A stretch of 64,000 bases of DNA, from NCBI GenBank assembly GCA_043228905.1, contig JBHGNT010000005.1:4588001-4652000 (forward strand). Reading direction: 5' to 3'. Of the stretch, positions 11,263 through 23,200 are shown one piece after another (position 1 is the first letter of the stretch; the number at the start of each line of letters is the position of its first letter). The stretch comes from Azolla caroliniana. Its lineage: Eukaryota; Plantae; Polypodiophyta. The notes below the pieces were generated by a model, which was given only the letters and a program-made list of their open reading frames with translations, did not search any database and had not been told where the DNA came from. Both the position numbers and the translations under genes were made by a program.

Positions 11263-14200
11263 ATGGGCAGAGGAGACACACAACCTTCCATGGAGAAACC
11301 ATGGAAACAGAAGAGAAAATCCGCACCAGAGAAAGACGAGAGTAAATATGTTGAAATATTTGAAGGAAAGCCTGTCATACCTGCCCCTAGCTTACTAGAG
11401 TTAACACCAGTTGAAAGTGGCTATATATGGATTATATGCATGAACGAATACAGCTTCTTAGTGCCAGTTAAAGTCGTTGATTCTTTCAAGTGCATTGATG
11501 TCATTCTTTACAGTGAAGGTGACTAGAAATACTCTTCATTTTCATTTTTGAGCGTTTTCGATCCAAAATGTACATAGCAATGCTGCACATATGTTTTCTC
11601 CATATACATTGTTGCATATGGTAATTTCTTATAGTTTAAGTGATTTCTTTATATGTTGAAAATGATGTTTAGTGAAGGTAAGTAAATTAAAAAGTTGTTT
11701 CATTAATTTTTTGAGTGCTTAGATAGACAACATTTATTGGAACATTGCAAATATATTTTCACCATATGGATTGTGTTTTTTACATATGCATTATTTTGCT
11801 GGAAATGATCCTTTGTTATGTTCGAATTGGTTTTTTCACGTGCTGAAATGATTTTGAATGAAGGTAAGTTCAACAAGAAAAAATATATTTTTTCTTTTTA
11901 TGAGTGTTTAAATAGAAAATATGTACTGCTATGCTGCAAAAAAATAATTTCCATGCACATTATTACGCTGCAATTGCTATTTTCATACATTGCAAGTGAT
12001 TTTTTTCATATGTTGCCGATAATTTTGAGTGAAGGTTAATAAAAGAAAAAGTTCAGCTGCTCGTTTTTGAGTGTTCAGAGGATATTGGCATATATATCAA
12101 ATAAAAATTGCCACACGTATCATTATTTTTTCAAATGATATTTTCATATGTTACAAATGATTTTCCTTTTTTGAACACTTCGATAAGAACATACTGGCAT
12201 GTTTTATTCCTGTTTTGAGCACTTTGATGAGAACATACTGGGATGTTGCAAATAAATTTTTCATATATGTATGTTGCAAATAATTTTTGCAACCGATATT
12301 TTCTTATGTTGTAAATGATTTTCTTATATCATGCAAATGATTTCTTTATGTGTATATTCATAGTATCCTTCAGGGAGAGGCTGGAAAATGTGATAAGATT
12401 TCCAGATATGAGTCCAGAGGTATCCATTTACAACCTGCAATGTAACTGTTTTTGATTATCTTATTATTATTTCTTGTGGCTCAATAAACAAATTTAACAT
12501 GAAAAGATCATTGAAAGAAAGGAAAACTCTGAAATACCTGAGTTTCAATGTATTTCCCAAATGTCCCTAAGTAATTGCCTATTGTTAACCCCCAAAGAGA
12601 TAAAAGGGGATGAAAGAGCATGTATAATTGAGAATAAGGGGATAGATTGACCATATCCTTTCTCATATACCAAATATAATCTCTCGTTCTGGATTTCACC
12701 AAGGACATTTGGGCAGATATTAGAAGACATAAGGGTATCTATGGAGATAGAGAACAACTTGGGAGTATTTTGGAGTTTCTCCCTTTCAAGAATTATTGAA
12801 ACTTCCCCAGGAGCATTGCCCCTCCATATGCATTCGTTCTTTCCATGGTCCATCTTAATGACTGACAACTTTCTCATGGCATATATTCCCAAGAGACTGA
12901 CAGGAACTATGAGACACAACAACAGGTTAAAACTGAATATATTGCTGTCTCATCTATGAAAACATAGAAAATAATGAAATGGAATGAGCTATCTGCATAA
13001 AGTCTACTTGCTAAACCCTGAACTTATGATTTAGATGTTTCGTAAGAGTTAAGCCCGAAATGGCAGATAAAAGATACTTGGATAATGCAAGAACGTATAA
13101 TACTGAAAGAACGATTGGTTCCTTCATAACCTAGAAAGGGTCGATATCCCAGGGGAAAATTCTGAATATGGACTGGCCAGTCTCAGTCTCAATGAATTTG
13201 AATTATTATCTTCCAAAGATATCCATCATGGGCCTGTCCAAAATGGTCATATTTCCAAAGGAAGGAATGTGCTTCTGATGTCAAGCAATGATGGCCTTGA
13301 ATTTTCTTGTGATGGCACAATGCTATTGCGTACTCAGTGCCACACGAGATTTTCTTCCATGGACAATCAAGACCAAAACATGAGATACCTTCCGAAGTCA
13401 TTGATTTTGTTGTGAGAAAATTTCAAAGGGAATATAACTGTTTTCTGGGAACACTGGAATTGGAGTAACTTTCCCTCAAGTATTCTGAAGTCATTGTGGA
13501 AGAAATGCATTACAGAATCGTCATTGCAATTTTGAAAAGTGGGGATCACAACTTTGTTTTGTAGTCTGAGGTGGACAAGCACTTCTTTTTGTAGATTTGA
13601 TCTGTAGCAAAATGTTTACTTTATTAGCAGTAGACTGAGGTGGCTGTTTAAACTGTATTCATATATATTCAATCAAATGTAAAATCTCAATCTTAACATG
13701 GTGAATGTTTTTTTGAACTGTATTCAATTGAATGCAAAATCTCAATCTTAACATGTTGAATATCTTGTAGGTCATGGAGACTGTTCTACGCTTTGTCTTC
13801 ACAGATCACTTGAACAAATTGAAAGCAGATAGGTATTGGGGCTCAGAAAAACCACGCCTTGTTTTCCAGTTTGAGGTAAAACACAAATTTATTTAATTGC
13901 AGACAATTAACAAGGTTATGACTGTTTTGTCATGTTTTTTATCACAGTATTTTTTACATGATTCCATCTTGGCTTATTCCTGACTCATGTTTTCTACCTC
14001 AACTCGATTTGACCTTCTCTCTTTCCATTTATCACTCATCTTTGTATGTTGCAATTATAAGGTAGCACCAAGACAAGCCATGGACTTGATACATGCAGCT
14101 CATTTCCTTGGAGTAAAAGACCTTCTTAGTGTGGCTGCAACTATGGTAGCACATAACCTTGAAGGTTAGTTTTCTTTGCAATCTCATTATTTTTATTATT

Positions 14201-17200
14201 AAATATAGGCTTATATGGAATGACAAATTTGGAAGAGTGAGCAATTGAACCACCGCGTGTCATGTTTGTCTATGATGTAAAAGCTATTCATTAAAGAAAC
14301 ACTTGAGATTTCCATTTTAGAAATTTTCTCTGTCATTGTCGTCGCAGGCTTCATTCTATTAACATGAAAATACTTCTTATATTGCAGATGTTCATGATGT
14401 GTCTTCTTTGCCCCCCGATCTTGCTTGGTGCATTGCAGAACAACTCTCTGCACATGCATTGTTTGTTGCAGAAGAACGACCAGATTTTCAATCATTGAAT
14501 CTTGGTAAGTTATGGTGGTTGTGGCATTCATGTTACTTGCCCTTCCTTTTTAGTTTTAGCCAGTTTATGGTCATATCATGACTGCCTAATTGTTAAAGTA
14601 ATGTAGCTCTTGTGGATACCTTTAGTTCAAATCCCAAACTATGAGGGTGGATTATTTGTAGTATATGTTTCCTGGAACCTTTATGAGATGGTCACAGGAA
14701 ATCCTATTTTAGACAATAGAGTTTATTCAATGTTTGATGGTAAAAAATCCTTCTTACAAGTCCAACCACCATTTCCATCAAATATATGATTGTAGCCAAA
14801 TGATTGAAAACAATCTTGCACTAAAAAATTCGGAGTAAAATAGAACAATCTTGTATTTGGCAGCTCTTATGCATTCCATTTTAGTTCAACAAAATCACTG
14901 TTGCACTTGCTCATTTTATTCATATTATATTTGACCCGCTCTATGTGATTTGTTCTGGTGAAATCAATTTGCTTTCAAATTTTATTTGGTGGGTGTCCAT
15001 GCCCATAATTTTCTTAAAATTAAGAATATTCTCAGACTTAGCTTTCCTTGTCCTTATAGTGGTTTGAAATTTGAACTGGCCTTTGAACCTCAGTTCTCTA
15101 AACACTACAGAGATCTAATATTTGCATTCTGTAGGGGCTTAATTAATGGATTTATTTTATTCCCATAGATTTTGCTAGGCCAAATAGTTATGAGAACAAT
15201 GACATCCGTTTTTTCTGATACAAAAAGGATAACTTACCATAATTGTTCCTATGTTTTTCATGAACAGACACAGAATGTCTTTGGCAGATCCACAGTCGAA
15301 ATTTTCTTCAAGGTGATGTTGTACCCTTACCTTCTGCATTAGCATATCCACCATATGATAAATGGGATGTTCACCAAGGGCCACCTCCGACATCATGGAA
15401 ATCATTTTATGCTGCACATTACTTGCAGCAGCTTGCTGATCGTCAGAATGGAGGTTATTTTGCATGAAGCTTGTCTAAGAGTTGATCTAAATCTGAATAT
15501 TTGTTTTTGTTATTGATATTTATGATTGCTGATTCTTTTCTAACTGAAACTATGACTCAAAGGTGACAATGAAGTATTCATGGCTGAAATTAAGTGGAAG
15601 GCTCTTCATGCCTATTGTCACACGGTATGCAGCTATACTTCGTTTGGTTTTAATGTGAAGTAATCATTCTCTGTTACTAAAGAAGAAAAACGAATTATTA
15701 TTTTGATTTTGCATGGTCTACTTTTAGTGGCATCACAAGCAATGCACTGAAAAATAAATTAACCCTCACAATATCAAAGCAAAATATCTAATTGACATGT
15801 GCATTAAAAATATACGTATAGAATCCAGATATATATCCATCAATATTAGTAAAATTTCACATTTACATATAAACTTATTAAACTCCTGCTATGGTGAACA
15901 TACTATACAATGTGCCCAATTTCAATATTCTGTGCCTTGGTTATTATTATCACAAATCTAGGGACATTTTCCATGCATTTTGTTTCGAAAATTGACCTGG
16001 AAATTGGTCTTTCGTGCAAAGATACTGATGGATAGAGGGGACTTGAATTTGTGCATGAAAGAAGTATTTTGAAACGTCTGCTCTGATGTAGCATGCATGT
16101 TTCAGTTGCAGCAATTTTCTTACAGGGATGAACATTGAATAACATTTCATATGTTTTGCGTTTCTTGTGTTTTGGTTACCAAAACACATTTGACATGAGC
16201 AAATGATCTAGGGCTGAATTAAGACATCATGGTAGAAGAGTGTGTCTGGACATATGATGGTCATGTTGTATAATATATGAGGCTTATCATGCTTTTGTTG
16301 TTGAAGTATTCTAAGGGGCATTATGCTCTAGTGTTGCAGTAGATGCCACATGGGTGGATTCAAGCCTGTATGAAAATTTACATTTATTATTGAAGGTGGT
16401 GTAGTGAACAATGGCATGTTTCTTCAAGGAAAACATTGATGTTGTTTGATATGCAATTATGCAAGTTATTTTCTGTTTTATTATGTCATTTTAAACAGGT
16501 ACATCCAGCCTTTTGGGAATGGGTTGTAAATAGCGACATAGACTTTTTTGTTTCATACATCTCCTGTTTCAAGAATATCTTCAAGCTGAGTATGGTCTTG
16601 ACCTCTTCTCTATGTTCTGCTAATCGTGGATGTGGATTAAAACTATTTTTTACTCATATTGCGTAGTGGTAAATTCAGGTTTGTCAGGCCTGCCACTAGG
16701 GAAGATTTCCAGTAATGCGGTTTTACCTGCTTCAAAGATTGGGAATTTGCTTGACTTGCTTCCAGTTTTACAACTCTTAGACCTCAGGTGCTTGCCTAGA
16801 GAGAGATACTAGCTGTTATGGGATGTTGATTCTTATTCGGAGGAAGAAAGGAAATACTAACACCTTTTAAGAGGCCAAAAGGGCTGATAAAACCAAACAA
16901 AGATCTCACCCTAAACTTTTTGTCTCCTATAAAACCAAGCTAAGCGAAAACGTAAAAGTGACTAAGAATCCTGTTATCTATATATGTAAAATTCTCAATC
17001 TAGGTAAATTGTAAATTTGTCTTTGAAAGATCTCTCGCATAGGTCGATCCAGGATGGAGAGATATTTGAAGCGAGAGAAGCACCTACAATGTTCGGATTA
17101 ATGGCATTTATTTGTCAATGACAGGGATGGTGAGGTCTTTGTCCATGAACCTAAGGTTTCCTTGCACGACAAATTAGTATTGCTTGATCTATTGTAAACC

Positions 17201-20200
17201 CTTTGCAATGTCCCAATTAGGAGCCCACTTGTGTAGCCCTTGATTGGCTTGTAGCATGGGTAGGAGTGATGGGGCTAAAGAAAGTTGTGATTGCTCTTTG
17301 TTGATGAGATTGTGTGGTGGTTGTCCTCCAACAACTTCTCCTTGTGTCTCTTGAGTTCTAGCCAGAACAGCCTGAAGGCACTTATCTCATCCAAACAAGT
17401 TGTTGAACATGGACATAACCATTGTTGGTATGTTGAAGTGGAACAATGGTTCGAGTCACATGGCATAAGCATAAATGCACTACCTTTATTCCATTATGGC
17501 TGGCATTGTCCCCATTTACACAAGACCAGAGTGGAAAAGAATAGAGTACTCCGAACTTATATTATCAAATTGGGTAATGGAAGAACATGGATCAGCCCCA
17601 CATCTCTTGATAGGAAGATGGCCCACTATAAGTCACACATTTTACACACATCAGAGGATGGATTCATCATCAGGCCATGGACATACATCTATCCATGCAT
17701 TGCACAGTGTGATAGGGGAGCTGTAGGCCTCTTCACATAATTTAGAAATTGAGATAGACAGATATGCACGCACACCACCAGGACAAAGAATCTGCCACGT
17801 GTGTCATCAGGGAATGGATTTTGAAGAACACTATGTTTGTCACTATACTATTTTATGAAATAAGAGGGAGATACCATTGCCTCTTTAACCAAGGGTTTGG
17901 TCCACTACACAAGGTAATGGAATATGAGGACCAAACTTGAAAATACATACATTTAGGGGACTCCAAATTATATGATGTGGCGTCAATGATTTGGAGAGGC
18001 TTAACAATCTGATACCTCATTTATATAGAGACTGAAGAGAGTGGGTGATAGTGGGCATCCTTTTTTCACTCCAATTGTGCCAACCACAACCTTTGACAAG
18101 CCGTTGGAAAATCACTCTTTTCTTGATACAGATTCATACAGTGCATAGATTCCCCATTGCTATCTCTCTATGTAATTTTGTTACCTCATCTATATAGAGA
18201 TTGAAGAGAGTGGGTGATATTGGGCATCCTTGTTTCACTCCAATTGTGCTAGCCACAACCTTTGACAAGCCATTGGGAAGATCACTTTTCTTGATACAGA
18301 TTCATACAGTGCATAGATTCCCCATTGCAATCTATGTAATTCGATACCTCATCTATATAGAGACTGAAGAGTGGGTTATAGTGGGCATCCTTGTTTCACT
18401 CCAATAGTGCTGGCCACAAACTCTGACGACCCTTTGGGAGATCATGCTTTTCTTGATATGGATTCACACAATGCATAGATTCCCCATTACAATCTATCTA
18501 TGTTATTTATATAGAGATTGAAGAGAGTGATAGTGGGCATCCTTGTTTCACTCCGATTATGCTACCCACAACCTCTAACAAGTTGTGGGGAGATCACTCT
18601 TTTCTTGATACGGATTCATACAGTGCATAGATTCCCCATTGCATATCTTTTGGGGCTTCTACCTGTTGCAAGAGCCAAGTGTGTGGTACAATGACAGGAA
18701 TGCAACAATAAATCCATTTTTTATGAGCGTTGTCCTTGATAAGGGTCCCGTAGGGTCAATATGTGACCCCAATGTTTTGAAACCTTTCAAAAGCCTGCCT
18801 GTTCAGTTGAATGACAGTCATCATTGCTCTCTGCCCATACACTCAATTCTGACCATAGGATTGAGCCATGTAGTTTATCCAAGTAATGGACAATCATGAT
18901 TGAACCATAATTTTCTTGGCATCATGGGGTCTTGGCTCTTGAAGATCTGTCATGATTGTGGGCCTTTCCAATTGTAACCAATCCATGAAGTTTTTTACAT
19001 TTTGTGGAGTAAATAAAATAGATTCACGTGGGCATGAACCATGTAGGTGGGGGCTGCTCGGAGATATCATTTATTACCTTTCCATACTCATCCCACACTT
19101 GAGGTGAGGTCAGTTGTGCGGTAGTTTGCCTCTCATACATTTTCCATATGGTTTTTTACTTTCTTGTCCAATGAACAAACAATTCACACATGCTTCAAAT
19201 TTAACCAAATATGATTTCTTCTTCCTCACAAGGTGTTGGAAGGTTGCTCTTGTTTTATTGTGTGTAGAAATCACTTTACATTGTGTGGCAAGCATCTCCT
19301 TGTATCATGACAATCTTCAACTTACCAACTATTTTGTGTGACTACTACATTTGGGTGCAATGACTGTAGAGTGTGGAAAGGCATTTGCGGTTGCTTTAAG
19401 ACGTTGGCAATTGTTTGTAACTTCCTCTAAGGGTGTGAAAGGTTTGAAATCCACAAGAGATGATGATCCATTCACGACTTTGCAATGCTATTTTGAAGCT
19501 GTTTAGTTTTAGTGAAAATTTCAGTCATCTCATTATGCATGTTTTAAGGTAGATAGATAATCATGATGCTCAGCTGGTAAGATAAGAAAACTCTTATATG
19601 TTAATTCAACCTAACAACTCGAGTAAATCATGTCTAAACACTAATGAAGATTAACATGCATGTGTCAATAAACTTATGTGTAATAAGATCAAAAGGTAAT
19701 TATGATACTTGGCTAAATGGAGAAGAAATTTCTAATTCGTTAATCTAATGTAACACCTCTAAGCAAATCCTGGTTAAACTCTAATTGCGTAATGATATAT
19801 CTTTGTCAATTAATCTTTTACATTGCATTAATCCAGTGAGACTGGTATAGGAGTAGATGGAGCTCTCTCTTTAAGTGTCAGCCTCGCACAACACAAAAGG
19901 TATACTTATAACACTGGGAGTACAACAGATATTATGTTAATGTACCAAAGAATTGATTCTGATGTAATTTTTATCGGTGTTTTAATTTATGGTGTGCAGA
20001 ATCCAGGTTCTTTATATGGGTCATAATGATATAAGGACGACAGGGTTATCTGCCATTGGCCACTCACTTCGTTCTGTCAGGTTGTTGAACTTTTCCAATT
20101 ATGCGGTTTAGCTCATTTCTACCTGCTACCAAATATTAAATAGGAGAGATAGGTAATCTCGGCAACAGAGGGTTTAGGGAATGCTTTGATAATTGTCTGA

Positions 20201-23200
20201 AATCTGCATAGTCAGATCATTATCTAATGGCAAATCATAACCTTGTTATTTATAACCCGGTACATATTTTCTAACCTGGCTATCTGCATCTAACCTTGCC
20301 AAAGTTTGTAACTTGGCTAGTATTTTCTAACCTGACCATAAATTTTTTTAAACCTGCAAAAATCTAACCCGGTTCATACTTTTTAACCCCACCATTTTTT
20401 CTAACCCAGCTATCTGCATCTAACCCAGCCAATAATTACTAACTTCGCCATCGACGGCTAACAACATTTAATCCAATCATAAATTCTAGCCTGGCAATAA
20501 ATTCTAACAGGTCTGTGATCTGCATCTAACCCAACTATAATTACCTAACCTTGCAAAAATCGAAATGTTGGAACCTGTGAGGCAATCTGCGAGATAACAT
20601 GGGAGACAATATGTTATCTTGTATGTATTTCCTTTTCATTGCTGCAAATATCTTGTATGTGGTATGTATTTGTGTTTATTCGATTTCTAAAGTTTGTTTT
20701 AGGGTTTTTGCTTGATTTTTGAGAGAGAGAGAGAGAGAAAGAAAGAAAGAAAGAAATATTAACGTCTTTTAAAAGGCCAAAATGGCCTATAAGACCAAAC
20801 AAGAGATTACATCTTAAGTGTTGTCTCATCTTTGAGAACAAATCAAAATAAAATAAATATTACACAGTAAATATAAGAGTAAATAAGATGAAAAGAGACG
20901 AGGGAATCTGGTTTTTGGCACATGTGAGATTCTCAAGTTAGATATATTGTAGCTTTTGTCTTCAAAAGATCTCTAGCATAGGTTGTTTATTCTATTTGTA
21001 AAGTTTGTTTTAGGGTTTTTGATTTTTGGAGAGAGAGAGAGAGAGATGTTTATAAATTCTGTTTGATTTTGGTGTATGAATATTGTATACAATCCAGTGA
21101 ATTACAGATTCGTTGCATGTAATCGCTCTCCAATTGCCCATCTGGTACAAGCCCAAATAATTAAACAATGTTTGTTGTTTGCATTGATTGCATAGATGGC
21201 CGCTAGGTTCTTAGAGTTCGTTGAGAAGGATTGAGAATTGGATGGAGAAGATCCAGGCAATGATTGCCTAAGGATACAAAGCTTGTGTAAGTATTATATA
21301 TCCTTAATATGACTTCCATTATTATAATAGAACGTACTTGGATTGTATTTGCAGTGTAGGGCTCACCAACTACAAAGAGGAGAAGATGATGGGAACAATT
21401 CAAATGAGAGTCAAAAGAACCCCCAATCATTTCATGAGCTGAGTTGAAGAAGATCGAAAATTTTAACTAAAGGAAAAGAGGTAGATCAAAACCAATTTGT
21501 GTTAATCCAGTCTCATATAGATGATGATTGAGATGACTTCGTAAGTGTTCTAATCGGTGACAGGAATGCATTGAGATTATCTAATATTAAAAGTGGAAGA
21601 AGATATTTTTAGTTGATTCATAAGTTCATTTGGGTTTATTGATAGGATTTATGCTTTTGCCAACCATATTAAATAAGTTATGGATCCACGATTACGGGTC
21701 CAATTAGATGTGCACAACAATAAGGTGGACATATTTAGACTTGTTTCACAAGATAGATATTTGGCTTTAATACCCATGTTGTATGCTAAACATTTGTTTT
21801 TAGGATCAAAATTATGAGTGCTCCCAATAGGCTGAAGGCAGTGGAGGAAGGGATAGTATTCATGAATCCATTAAACATAAAGGCTTCAAATGCATTAAGG
21901 AATTTAATACAATTATGTTAACCATTGTGTGGGGCGACATTAAATACTAAAAGATCATGTTGGAGAACCGACATCAAGAGATCTACTACCAACACGACCC
22001 GATGGTACAAATTGTGATTATTATGTAATGCATTGTATTCTATTGAAGAGTTCGTACATGTCTTGTTATCAATGAATTTTGTAAGTCATCATTCTAATAA
22101 GCCATGAAATTTGTTGGCTCAAAGCCATGTAAGAACTCATCACATACTAACTACAATTAGATGTACCTTTGGGTTGTGTTGGCATATGTAAATCTCTTGA
22201 CATCTGTTCTTCACTATGATCTTTTGGTTTTCACCATCACTCCAAATAATGTGGTTAACACATAAATGCATCAAGTTCTTTAGTGCCTTAGGGTCAATGA
22301 ATACTATCCCGCTCTCTGCTTTACTTGCATGAAGCCCTTTAGGAGCACTCTTGATTTTTATCAGAAGGATGAAATGTCTTAGCATGTAATGTTGATCTAA
22401 AAGCAAAATCCCTATCTCTTGGCACACGTCTAAGTACTTCCTCCACCATATTGTTCTATATATACCATTGAACCCATAGTGGATATAAAATCCAAAACTT
22501 ATATGATATCGTTCATGGAAACATATATTCTAGCACACATGTAAAATGTGTCATCATCCATGTACTAGCCGTATTTCCTTATTTGGATAATGTTAAATTC
22601 TGTCTCACAAAAGTAGCAAGAAAGATTCAACTTCTACATGCAATTTGGAACGGGGTCACAAATCAATAAACCCAAATTTACTTTTGCATCAATTAAAAAG
22701 TATCACGAGATATGCCTTATTACAATCAATACCTTGTGAAGCTCTTTCCACTTTTCATATTAGATGATCTTGTTACTTTCTGGACATTTCCTAAGTCGTC
22801 TTGATAATCATTTGTATTGAAATGGATCACTATACGTTGGTTTTGATACACCTCTTTTCATCTAGTTGAAAAATTTCGGTCTTCTTGAACTTAGCTCATG
22901 GGTTCTTTAGACTCCGGCTTCACTTGAATTGCCCTACACTATAAATATAATCCATGATAATATGAGTGCTCTAAAGATATAAGGGAAGTCATATTGAGGA
23001 TATGTAATACAGATATAAGCTTAGTATCTTTTTGCAATTTTTGCCAGGATGCCAAAAAAATAATTAATGGAATAATTATAGAGAAGGTAGGTAAGAAAAA
23101 ACAATGAAACATAACCAGAAATTCCTTGCTTTAGCCCCATTTTCACTGCAATCTCGATCCATCTCAATGGACTATGAACACCTATATCCATCTGTGCAAT

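Noticed and set aside
20230-20560. Regularly recurring CTAACC-containing short repeats resembling a CRISPR or telomeric array
   Set aside because: Repeats are degenerate and irregular, with no unique spacers or cas genes; they are mirrored at 23590-23860, so they are subterminal repeats of the foldback element
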